DNA from: an uncultured Flavobacteriaceae bacterium
GTDB lineage: Bacteria > Bacteroidota > Bacteroidia > Flavobacteriales > Flavobacteriaceae
Direction: 5' to 3'
Length of the DNA: 32,000 bases
Assembly: GCA_964276095.1 (NCBI GenBank)
Contig: CAXYDR010000003.1
Location: 486,154-518,153, forward strand
Shown: positions 16,485 through 25,113 of the stretch, piece by piece
Layout: every line of letters starts with the position of its first letter
How positions within the stretch are numbered: the stretch's first letter is position 1
Notes under the pieces: model-generated
Database searches by the model: none
Told to the model about the DNA's origin: nothing
Seen by the model: only the letters and a program-made list of their open reading frames with translations
Made by a program: the position numbers and the translations under genes

Positions 16485-17852
16485 CTAGTATTTACCTTTC
16501 TTTTTATTACGTAAGTTATAACTTTTATCCCCTCTAGTTTTAGGTTTTTTGTACTTTTCAGCAATTATGAATTTATAAGAACCTCCTAAATTCTCTTTGG
16601 AATTTTTTTCAGATTTCTCATGAAAAGCTGGCCCAGGTGCATCTTCATCTTTTGGTTTTGTATGCGGGTTATTATGTTCAATATGCTTTGGACGCTCTTC
16701 TGGAGTTAAGCGCTCTGAGATTTCTACATCTTCTGGAAATTCCATTTTTGGAATTTCATAATTCATTAACTCTTCAATAGCGTCTTTATCTTCCTGCTCC
16801 TTTGGAGTTGAAAACAATATCGTTTTCCCTTCATGTTCAGCTCTACCTGTTCTACCAATTCTGTGCATGTAGTTTTCGGCAAAGTTTGGTGTGTCAAAGT
16901 TAATTACATGAGAAATTTCATCTAAATCTAAACCACGTGCCATTACATCGGTAGCTACTAATATTCTATTTTCTCCTTCATCAAACTGACGAATAGAACG
17001 TATTCTATAATTTTGGGTTTTATTGGAATGTATTACACATACATCTGATCCAAATATTTCTTCTACAGCTTCAAATAGTCTATCAGCACTTTTTTTGTTA
17101 GAAACAAAAACCAATACTTTACTAAAAGTTTGTTTATCACTAATTATATGTGCTAATAAATTTACTTTTGTATAAAAGTTAGGTACATCATAGCATTGTT
17201 GTCCAATATTATCAAGTGGTGTACCACTTACAGCAATAGATATTTTTTCTGGTGATCTGAAAAAATCAGTAATTAGAGCATCTACATCATCTGTCATCGT
17301 TGCAGAAAACATAATATTTTGTCTCTTAGAAGGCAATACATCAAATATATTTAATAACTGAAAACGGAACCCTAAGTCAAGCATTACATCAACTTCATCA
17401 ATCACTAATTTTTGAATTGATTTTAATTGAATAGCTCTACTAATAGCTAAATCGTATAAACGACCAGGAGTTGCCACAATAATATCAGTCCCTTGGGCTA
17501 CAGCCATTTTTTGAGTATTGATGTTTGCTCCACCATATACTCCTAATACACGAACATTAATATATTCAGCAAGTTTTTCAATTTCTTCAGCAACTTGCAA
17601 TACTAATTCACGTGTAGGAACTAAAACCAATACTCTTGGGTTTACTTGCTTCGAAAATTTTAGATCACGAAGTATAGGCATCATGTAGGCAAAGGTTTTC
17701 CCAGTACCCGTTTGTGCAATACCAACAATATCCTTACCTGAGCGTACAACATTAAATGCTTCGGCTTGTATAGGTGTTGGATGTTCAAACCCCATATCGT
17801 CAATTGCATATTGCAACTGATTAGATAAATTCAATTCTTTAAACGTAATCAT
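16485..17852 (-). CDS. DEAD-box ATP-dependent RNA helicase (RhlE-like) with basic C-terminal tail
   Basis: Q-motif region FEHPTPIQ, motif I AQTGTGKT, motif II DEVD, motif III SAT, motif VI HRIGRTGRA. Start at the ATG at 17852 (MITFKELNLS), not 17897. Confidence 0.92.
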   Translation of the reverse strand: MITFKELNLSNQLQYAIDDMGFEHPTPIQAEAFNVVRSGKDIVGIAQTGTGKTFAYMMPILRDLKFSKQVNPRVLVLVPTRELVLQVAEEIEKLAEYINVRVLGVYGGANINTQKMAVAQGTDIIVATPGRLYDLAISRAIQLKSIQKLVIDEVDVMLDLGFRFQLLNIFDVLPSKRQNIMFSATMTDDVDALITDFFRSPEKISIAVSGTPLDNIGQQCYDVPNFYTKVNLLAHIISDKQTFSKVLVFVSNKKSADRLFEAVEEIFGSDVCVIHSNKTQNYRIRSIRQFDEGENRILVATDVMARGLDLDEISHVINFDTPNFAENYMHRIGRTGRAEHEGKTILFSTPKEQEDKDAIEELMNYEIPKMEFPEDVEISERLTPEERPKHIEHNNPHTKPKDEDAPGPAFHEKSEKNSKENLGGSYKFIIAEKYKKPKTRGDKSYNLRNKKKGKY

Positions 17853-17868
17853 TCCTACAAATTTTCTG

Positions 17869-17898
17869 CAAAGGTACGCTTTTATTAATAGCTGCAAA
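17869..17898 (-). promoter_or_regulatory. Consensus Bacteroidota promoter TTTG-N18-TACCTTTG ahead of the helicase gene
   Basis: Minus-sense TACCTTTG at 17869-17876 and TTTG at 17895-17898. It sits between the upstream terminator (17907-17938) and the ATG at 17852. Confidence 0.55.
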
Positions 17899-17906
17899 CC
17901 ATAAAA

Positions 17907-17938
17907 AAAGGCTCGTTTAACTTAATAAACGAACCTTT
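17907..17938 (-). terminator. Intrinsic terminator after the 277-aa T9SS cargo gene
   Basis: Stem AAAGGCTCGTTTA/TAAACGAACCTTT with one mismatch and a 6-nt loop, followed by T7 on the minus strand. Confidence 0.7.
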
Positions 17939-17957
17939 GTATTTTAATGATTGATTA

Positions 17958-18791
17958 TTATTTAATCACCAATCTTTTTACTTCTTTTGATACTTCTGAT
18001 TCTATTGATACCAAATACAATCCTGAAGTTAATGCAGAAACATTAATAGCTGCTCCAGAATAATCTGATACAGAAAGTATTTCCTTTCCACTAATACTAT
18101 AAATAGATACTTTCGCTTCTGCTTTTAAACCTGCTACAGAAAAAGTGTCTGATGAAGGATTAGGATATATAGAAAATTTATAATCAGTTAACTCAACATC
18201 GTTTATTGCTAAAAGAGAAAAATCGAAAAAAGGAGTTCCTGATAATCCAGAAGCGCTGGCTACAGTTGGGTTAAATGTATCTGTATTAGTAGTGTCAGCA
18301 GTCAAATAAACTTCTAGTGCACCTCCAAAGGCATCACCTAATACTGAATCATTTGCTACTATTCTAAGTTCTCCAACCGTTGGCGCTCCGTTCACTTGTA
18401 TAGTTGCTATCATGTTAGGTAAGCCTGTAGCAGGTAAATTTGGTAAATTAACAGTTGCTCCTAAAGTTTCTGTAATCAAAAAACCTTTATGACCGGTTAT
18501 AGTAGGGTCTAACGCTGTTACATCACCTGAAGTAAAAGGACTAGTTCCAGGTGCAGGCCCTAAAGAAGACTGAATTGTCATTGTTGCAGCATCAGGAAGT
18601 AAAATAGTAAAACCATAACTCTGTACCTCAGTAACTTCATTTGTTCCACCACCAGTAGCTACTGCAGCAATCGTAAAGTTATAACCACCATTATCTATTA
18701 AAGTATAGGTGTATGTGTTTTGTGCGCTTAATTGAATTGAGAATAAAGCTATTACTAAAACTAGTAATGCATTTAATGTAATTTTTTTCAT
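17958..18791 (-). CDS. Secreted protein of unknown function with type-A T9SS C-terminal sorting domain (277 aa)
   Basis: Signal peptide ending LSAQ. C-terminus FSIYPNPSSDTFSV...GLYLVSIESEVSKEVKRLVIK is a typical Por_Secre_tail. Confidence 0.85.
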   Translation of the reverse strand: MKKITLNALLVLVIALFSIQLSAQNTYTYTLIDNGGYNFTIAAVATGGGTNEVTEVQSYGFTILLPDAATMTIQSSLGPAPGTSPFTSGDVTALDPTITGHKGFLITETLGATVNLPNLPATGLPNMIATIQVNGAPTVGELRIVANDSVLGDAFGGALEVYLTADTTNTDTFNPTVASASGLSGTPFFDFSLLAINDVELTDYKFSIYPNPSSDTFSVAGLKAEAKVSIYSISGKEILSVSDYSGAAINVSALTSGLYLVSIESEVSKEVKRLVIK

Positions 18792-18798
18792 GTTTGTG

Positions 18799-18834
18799 TT
18801 TTTTTAATGATTTGGGTTTTTTTAATGATTTGGG
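18799..18834. repeat. Perfect 18-bp tandem duplication (TTTTTTTAATGATTTGGG x2) in the 5' leader of the 277-aa gene
   Basis: 18799-18816 and 18817-18834 are identical. Minus-sense this reads CCCAAATCATTAAAAAAA x2 and ends 7 nt before the ATG. Confidence 0.9.
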
Positions 18835-18841
18835 TTTAAAA

Positions 18842-18882
18842 AATATCGTTATGCATTTAAAATATTAATGCATAACGATATT
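18842..18882 (-). terminator. Intrinsic terminator after the M43 protease gene
   Basis: Perfect 16-bp inverted repeat AATATCGTTATGCATT / AATGCATAACGATATT with a 9-nt loop. A T-rich tract follows on the minus strand. Confidence 0.7.
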
Positions 18883-18892
18883 AAATTTTTAT

Positions 18893-21800
18893 TTAAGGCA
18901 ATTGTTCTGTAATTGCAAAAGTAGTGAAATTTAGGAAATTTCCAGGATGCGATAATGCATTTTGAAGAAGAAATGGTGTATCCGAAGCCCCCCCAGAATA
19001 TTGACAACTTCCATTCATATCTATATCATTTGAGCTATAAGCATTTACCGTATACGTTGGAAAATTTAAGAAATTACCTGCATCGTTAAGCACATAAGTT
19101 AAAATATCTGCAGAATCTGCCGTTCCTCCAGTATACTGCACTACAGCATCTCCGTTTACATCTCCTGCCCACATTGCTACCACTCCATTTTGCATACCAA
19201 AAGTAGTTTGTGCATTAGAACCAAATGTAATCTGACTTGCTGAATTAGTAAAATCTACAGTAGCTGGAGAACTTGTAAGTGCTAAAGCACTTGAAGTCAT
19301 AATTCCTAAGTGATTCCTATGTTTAATTGCAATATAAAAATTCCTGTTGGCAGAATCAAAAGTCAAAGTTGATGTTCCATCAACTCCAACTACATCTCCA
19401 TCACGTTGTAATAATGCTGATTGACTATATAAAACTGTTGTATTAGTTGTTTCATCTCTTAACTCAACAAGTACCCAGTCAACAATTGCATTTGCACCTG
19501 TAGCTGTAAACACACTTGCATTACACACTAAAGCATCAGCATAAGGACTTGTTGTTGGTATCATACCTGCAACTCGTAAATCATCTCGCATCAAGCTTTC
19601 TTCTCCTGAATTAGGATTTATTCCCGCTCCTTGTAAATATACTTTAGGAGAAACTGAAATTTTAGCAAAAGTTGCCGTTGTACCAAAATAGAAATCACCA
19701 TCTAATCCTGAAAAATTACCAGTTAACGTTATATCAGTACCAAAAGCACTAACTGTTAAAGCAACAACATCACCTGTACTTTCTTTATAAGCAACTAAAT
19801 CATTTCTAGATTGACTAGTAGTTGTTTCCCAACCAGTAATTTCAGCTAATTCAAAATAAAACTTAACAGTCGTATCACCACTAGTTGTAGTATTTGATGG
19901 ACTAATATTAAATACCTTATCCATTGCTAAATTAGGAGCTGTACTTCCATTATATGCTTGCACACCAGTACCTGCTCTAGAAACTGCACTTGTAGTACAA
20001 CTATAATCGAAACTATCGTTATTGGTTATATCTAATATTAAATTACCTGAACCTGTATCACTTGTATAAACTGTACCTAAATTTGGTAAATTTAATTGAT
20101 CATTAGTTGTACCGTTATTGATGGCTGTTTGAATACTAAAGTCAATAGTAGAGGTTAAAGTAATTGTGTCCCAAAAAAGATATCCACTATCTGCTGGTGG
20201 AGTTCCTGTATGGTGCAACACTAATGAACCTGTTTGACCTTGAATAGTTGCTATAAATGCATCTAAATTAATTGTTTCTAATACCGGTGAAGCTGTATAA
20301 TCTGTTGCTGTTCCACTTGAAAGCAATGTTCCTGCTTGAATTGTTGTACCATCTGTAGTATCAGTAGCAAAATATAATTCATAATTCTGAGTAGCGTTAG
20401 CAGATAATAAAGCGTGCTCTAATGAAAGTGCCGTAATCCCTGAAGGGATCGTGAAAGCAGGAGAAATAAGATAATCATCCATCACGTTATCAACAGCTTG
20501 AGAACCTAAAAAGTCTGGCTCAATAACTCCTGGAACATCTATACCCGCACTATAAACACCAAAAGTCCCTGCTCCTCCGTCGTTTATTACAGCCCAACCA
20601 GTTGTATCACTTGTGTATGAAAAAACTGTACTTATTGCTCCAGAAGAAGGAGCTAAATCATCATCAGTTACTGTAAGTATTAATGAATTGGAACCAGCAG
20701 TTGCTTCTCCTCCATTTGCGTTAACTGTAAAACCAATTAGAATAGTTTCATCACCTTCAACAAATCCATCATTATAAACTCTAACAATCATATCTCTTGT
20801 TCCTGTAGTACCAGCAGCGAAAGAAACACTACTAGTCATTAGGTCATAATCAGTACCACTTAATGCTGAACCTCCAGATACAGTAAAATTAACAACCGAT
20901 AACTCAGATGAAGCAACTGCTAAACTTACAGAAGTTGTAACATCTGTAAAAGAACATGCACTTCCTTCACTTGGTAGACTAACAGGGCTAGGTACAAATG
21001 AAATAGTAGAACCTACATCTCCAGTAGGTGAGTTAACTAAGTTAACAAAACCATCTGCGACAGTAATAACCGTAGCTATTCTAGACACTTGATCAGCTGT
21101 AAAAATATCCATTACTACATCGTCTGTATAATCCATATAGTTTTCAACCTGATCTGCTGAACTACATGATGTATTTTGAGCAGTACCATAATTAGCACCT
21201 CCTGCTGTAGGAGTATCATTACAAAAATCATCAACTGTACAACCTCCATCTCCCCAGATATGACGTAATCCTATCCAGTGACCAATTTCATGTGTTAATG
21301 TTCTTCCTAAATTATAAGGAGCTGCAGTACCTGGGTTTGCAACAGAACCTGCTGTACCATATCCAATAACAACACCATCATTTTGTGCTGTACCTCCATT
21401 TACATTAAATCCTGGCAAAGTAGAGTTACTCGGGAATTGTGCATATCCTAATATACCACCTGAAATATCTGCAGTCCATATATTAGCATACTGATTACGA
21501 TCCCAACCAGTAGACTTTATTTCTAAACCACCATCACCAACATCAAAATCCGAAGTTGGAAATGGCCCATCTCCATAGGTTAAAATTCTATTTATACCAG
21601 GTTCTGGCAAAACATTTCCCAATGGATCTACTACAGCTGGAATAAATTGAACCATCGCATCTGCAGCAACTGGGTTAGTACTCCCTGCTTGATTACTAAA
21701 ATCAAGATTTAATTGATCTATTTGTGCTTGTATTTGAGCTGCAGATAAGTTTTCCGCACCTGCACCATCAGTAATAACATGAAATATGATTGGTATTGTA

Positions 21801-22147
21801 GTTACAGCCATTTTAAATGTACCATTGGCTTTTTGTTGAGCCCACAATTGTTTACGCTCTTCGACCAATGGCGCTAACCACTCTTCAAAAGCATCATTAG
21901 ATTGAGGGTTCCCTTCTCTTAGCATTCTGCGTTCATGCATCTCTACAGAAGTACATTTTACATAACCTGTTTCATCAAAAGAAAGCTTATTGTCTTCTGT
22001 TAAATCATTATATAATAATTGATTTTGGTTTGTCTGAGTAATAGTATTGGTTGACTTACTAATACTTTGTTTTCCTTTAGTTTGTGCAAATGTTACACAC
22101 GTAAAAACTAAGGCTAATAAAAAAGCCTTTTGGGTATTTTTTTTCAT
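18893..22147 (-). CDS. M43 (pappalysin/ulilysin-like) metzincin with Calx-beta domain and C-terminal dockerin-like repeats; no T9SS CTD (1084 aa)
   Basis: Signal peptide ending TFAQ. Metzincin motif HEIGHWIGLRH followed by IWGDGGC..DDFC.DTP and Met-turn NYMDY, as in M43B. Calx-beta-like GTDYDL...VSFAAGTTGTRDMIVRVYNDGFVEGDETI. The last 90 aa hold two homologous D.(N/D)G...QY(T/S)GG..D...L...L....GNFLNF.T(Y/F) repeats. Confidence 0.88.
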   Translation of the reverse strand: MKKNTQKAFLLALVFTCVTFAQTKGKQSISKSTNTITQTNQNQLLYNDLTEDNKLSFDETGYVKCTSVEMHERRMLREGNPQSNDAFEEWLAPLVEERKQLWAQQKANGTFKMAVTTIPIIFHVITDGAGAENLSAAQIQAQIDQLNLDFSNQAGSTNPVAADAMVQFIPAVVDPLGNVLPEPGINRILTYGDGPFPTSDFDVGDGGLEIKSTGWDRNQYANIWTADISGGILGYAQFPSNSTLPGFNVNGGTAQNDGVVIGYGTAGSVANPGTAAPYNLGRTLTHEIGHWIGLRHIWGDGGCTVDDFCNDTPTAGGANYGTAQNTSCSSADQVENYMDYTDDVVMDIFTADQVSRIATVITVADGFVNLVNSPTGDVGSTISFVPSPVSLPSEGSACSFTDVTTSVSLAVASSELSVVNFTVSGGSALSGTDYDLMTSSVSFAAGTTGTRDMIVRVYNDGFVEGDETILIGFTVNANGGEATAGSNSLILTVTDDDLAPSSGAISTVFSYTSDTTGWAVINDGGAGTFGVYSAGIDVPGVIEPDFLGSQAVDNVMDDYLISPAFTIPSGITALSLEHALLSANATQNYELYFATDTTDGTTIQAGTLLSSGTATDYTASPVLETINLDAFIATIQGQTGSLVLHHTGTPPADSGYLFWDTITLTSTIDFSIQTAINNGTTNDQLNLPNLGTVYTSDTGSGNLILDITNNDSFDYSCTTSAVSRAGTGVQAYNGSTAPNLAMDKVFNISPSNTTTSGDTTVKFYFELAEITGWETTTSQSRNDLVAYKESTGDVVALTVSAFGTDITLTGNFSGLDGDFYFGTTATFAKISVSPKVYLQGAGINPNSGEESLMRDDLRVAGMIPTTSPYADALVCNASVFTATGANAIVDWVLVELRDETTNTTVLYSQSALLQRDGDVVGVDGTSTLTFDSANRNFYIAIKHRNHLGIMTSSALALTSSPATVDFTNSASQITFGSNAQTTFGMQNGVVAMWAGDVNGDAVVQYTGGTADSADILTYVLNDAGNFLNFPTYTVNAYSSNDIDMNGSCQYSGGASDTPFLLQNALSHPGNFLNFTTFAITEQLP

Positions 22148-22273
22148 TCTTCGGTTTTTTTGGGTTTTCGATTTTGAATATAGTGATATCTGTAAACAAT
22201 AACCTAGCGGGTAAGTAGATTTTAGATTAAGTGTATATTTTTATCGATAAAACACATATCATCCGTTAACACG

Positions 22274-22309
22274 AAAAAAAAAGCCGACACATTACTGTGT
22301 CGGCTTTTT
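22274..22309. terminator. Intrinsic terminator after the M12B protease gene
   Basis: A9-GCCGACAC-ATTACT-GTGTCGGC-T5. 8-bp GC-rich stem at 22283-22304. Confidence 0.8.
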
Positions 22310-22328
22310 GTAATAAAGAAATTAATTC

Positions 22329-25001
22329 TTATTGAATAACAATCTTTTTAGTTGCTTTCTTAGAACCACTTTCAACGTTTAATAAATAAATCCCTGAAGC
22401 CATTGAACTAAAGTCCACTTCCTTATTAAATGTCACTGAGTTATTACTATGCACCTCTGTGTACACGTTTCTTCCTCTAACATCAAATAACGACATTTGA
22501 ACATCTTGGTTTGAGCTTAAGTTTACAGTAAATAAACCACTTGATGGGTTTGGGTATACTGTAAAAGCTGCAAAGTCACCATTTTGCTCTTCTACACCTA
22601 ATACTTCAGTAGTTTCACATATTGTAACTGACCAAGAATCTAATGTTCCTGTATCAGCTGCTCCTTGATCATTAAATCCTAAAGTCCACACTCCTCCTGC
22701 AGTTTCTCCATTTAATCCAGAAAATGATTGAGTAGGAGCAGTATCCCCTACTGTTGGAGCAGCACAAACTATTGCACCTGCACCATCATAAAAATTAAGG
22801 TTTAAATTATCTTCCCCAGTACAAGGTCTACTCATTACTGTTAATTGAGTTCCAGCTGGACTTAAGATTGCAAATGTTAAATCTTGAATATATGTATGTG
22901 TAGCTGCTACATTTAACTGTAAAGTCACATTACTCCCAAATGTTTTTGTTGAAGTAGATGTTAAACCAAGAGTTGACCATGTTGGATCATTATCAGGAAT
23001 AGCTGTTACAGTAGAATTTGTAAAAACTTCCGCACATGTTGTTGTTATAATATAATCAATTGGAAAATCCATTGTGTTAATTGCAAAGAAAGGCGCACCA
23101 GTTGGCTGAACCATAATTCTACAATATGGAGCAGGTGTATTTGGTACAATAATCATTTCATTACCATCATTTACTATATTAGAAGCCAATACAGTAGGAT
23201 AAGTAAGTCCTCCATCAATTGACAATAAAATATTTACGTTAGATGCTCCTGCCATTAATTCTGTACTATTTCTATTCCAAGTAACATTTTCAGAAGCTCC
23301 TTGAACTAACATTACTCCAGCAGCTTGCGAAGTAACCTCTAAAGGTCCTCTTGACGCATCCCAAGTAACAACCATATCTTGAAAAGTGTTACCTGCACCA
23401 CCAGCTCTGTTATCACGAACAGATAATCTAAAATCTGCTGTTCTAGCAACTGTAGGTACTTTTTCGAAAGTATTACCATTTACACCATTAGCCACTAAAT
23501 CAGCTAATGCAGGAAATGTTCTTTCAGTTGAAGTAGTAGGGTTATATGATCTAAATAATGGTCTATTATTAGTTGCAGCAGTAGGGTCTGGATATGCATT
23601 TGCAGCATCCTCTTCATTATATTGCTCCCAACAGTATGTTAACGTATCACCATTTGCATCAGTTGCAGGTATTGCATCTAATTTAAATGCCGTACCAATT
23701 GGTAAGGTTATACTTGGCTGAGCTGGAACAACTGGTTGACTGTTACCTGTAGCTGTTTCTACATCACACGGTCTAGATTTAGCGTGAATAGTAATTTGGT
23801 CAATTGAAATAGCATGGAAATAAGGATCTGAATTTGATTGTACATCCGTTGCACCTGTAATTCCAGCATACCCCATTATCGTAGAACCTGAACCTGGTTC
23901 CATTTGAGCTACACCTGCACCTTCTGAAGAATGTGTAAAAGTATGCCTTCCTCCAAATTGGTGTCCTAATTCATGAGCAACAAAATCAATATCAAAAGTA
24001 TCTCCAATTGGAGATGTACTTGTAGTATATCCACTTCCTTTTGATCCGTCAACACAAATACAACCGATACATCCAGCATTACCATTATTCCCAATAGCAG
24101 CCATTAAGTGACCTACATCATAAGCAGCTTCACCTAGTACAGATGTTAATGTAGATTGTAATGTAGCATTATATGCAGCATCAGAAGTTGAACTGTAAGG
24201 AGTACCTGGTGTAGCATACACTACTGCATCATTTCCAGCGATAAGCACCAACCTAACAGCGAAGTCTATTTCATAAACTGAATTTTGTCTAGCTATAGTA
24301 GTTGCTATTGCCGCATTAACAGCTGGCAATGTTCCTCCGTGAAATGCATAATACTCAGCACTTACTGACATTGCTAGTCTAAATGTTCTTAAAGTGTTAT
24401 CATCAGCTGCAAAAGCTTCATTTACATCCGGAGCCTTGTTTAAATTAACCTCTAAACCTTCTTCAGTTGCACATTCAAACGATTTCTTTTGTGTTCTGTC
24501 AGAACGTTTAAAGAAAGCTATTTTCGAGCTATTACCAGGTATAGCCTGAATAATTTCGGTTTCACTTCTATTTGAAGCTAATACAATTCCGTTTATACCA
24601 TTATATGGAGAAATTGTAAAACGTAAATAGTTCCCTGTATTTTTAACATCATAACCAGCATAAGCTCTAATTTCTGGGTATAACGCTTGTTGACCAGGTT
24701 CGAAAACTGAAGCCTCTTCTATTCTATAACTCACCATTTCTCCATTACTAGATGGTAATTGAATTATTGTATTTGAATCTCCAGAATACTCTCCATATAC
24801 AGGAGCATTTGATATTTGATTCTTAAATGTTGTATAATCAAATGTGTAATACAAAGTCTGTGCTGGCAATAATAAGTCAGCCGTTTTAGGACTATCCTTT
24901 ACACTAGCACTTGAAGTACGCCATATAGACTGCGCAAATGAAGTACTTGTACAAATAGTTAATAGTAATATACTAAAAACATTAAAAGTAATTTTTTTCA
25001 T
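22329..25001 (-). CDS. Reprolysin-like (M12B) zinc metalloprotease with proprotein-convertase P-domain and type-A T9SS CTD (890 aa)
   Basis: Start at the ATG at 25001 (MKKITFNVFSILLL signal peptide). Metzincin motif HELGHQFGGRH. P-domain-like HTYIQDLTFAILSPAGTQLTVM. CTD FTVYPNPSSGLFTV...GIYLLNVESGSKKATKKIVIQ. Confidence 0.88.
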   Translation of the reverse strand: MKKITFNVFSILLLTICTSTSFAQSIWRTSSASVKDSPKTADLLLPAQTLYYTFDYTTFKNQISNAPVYGEYSGDSNTIIQLPSSNGEMVSYRIEEASVFEPGQQALYPEIRAYAGYDVKNTGNYLRFTISPYNGINGIVLASNRSETEIIQAIPGNSSKIAFFKRSDRTQKKSFECATEEGLEVNLNKAPDVNEAFAADDNTLRTFRLAMSVSAEYYAFHGGTLPAVNAAIATTIARQNSVYEIDFAVRLVLIAGNDAVVYATPGTPYSSTSDAAYNATLQSTLTSVLGEAAYDVGHLMAAIGNNGNAGCIGCICVDGSKGSGYTTSTSPIGDTFDIDFVAHELGHQFGGRHTFTHSSEGAGVAQMEPGSGSTIMGYAGITGATDVQSNSDPYFHAISIDQITIHAKSRPCDVETATGNSQPVVPAQPSITLPIGTAFKLDAIPATDANGDTLTYCWEQYNEEDAANAYPDPTAATNNRPLFRSYNPTTSTERTFPALADLVANGVNGNTFEKVPTVARTADFRLSVRDNRAGGAGNTFQDMVVTWDASRGPLEVTSQAAGVMLVQGASENVTWNRNSTELMAGASNVNILLSIDGGLTYPTVLASNIVNDGNEMIIVPNTPAPYCRIMVQPTGAPFFAINTMDFPIDYIITTTCAEVFTNSTVTAIPDNDPTWSTLGLTSTSTKTFGSNVTLQLNVAATHTYIQDLTFAILSPAGTQLTVMSRPCTGEDNLNLNFYDGAGAIVCAAPTVGDTAPTQSFSGLNGETAGGVWTLGFNDQGAADTGTLDSWSVTICETTEVLGVEEQNGDFAAFTVYPNPSSGLFTVNLSSNQDVQMSLFDVRGRNVYTEVHSNNSVTFNKEVDFSSMASGIYLLNVESGSKKATKKIVIQ

Positions 25002-25113
25002 AATTTTTGGGTTTGTTAATAAAATTGAACGGATCAATATAACAACTAATGTTAAGAAAAGCCTATCAAATTAGTAGTTTTAGATAAAGAGTTGACAAAA
25101 TCAGTTGAAACGC

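Noticed and set aside
16485-17852. The helicase as part of a defence system
   Set aside because: It has the complete DEAD-box RNA helicase motif set with a basic tail, like RhlE/CsdA housekeeping enzymes. There is no nuclease, methylase or other defence-type partner nearby.
18896-19165. M43 protease C-terminus as a divergent T9SS CTD
   Set aside because: It lacks the (Y/F)PNP motif, the G.Y motif and the terminal K..K.(I/V).. pattern of type-A CTDs seen in both neighbouring genes. It also lacks the FTPNGDG-type features of type-B CTDs. It is an internal duplication, which CTDs are not.
23386-23721. 111-aa plus-strand ORF inside the M12B protease gene
   Set aside because: It is an antisense shadow of a gene with strong motif support. 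It is Ala/Ser/Leu-rich with no start context. The same reasoning rejects 3831-4025, 6509-6703, 7372-7704, 12330-12521, 26543-26728, 26840-27064, 28464-28763 and 30523-30774.
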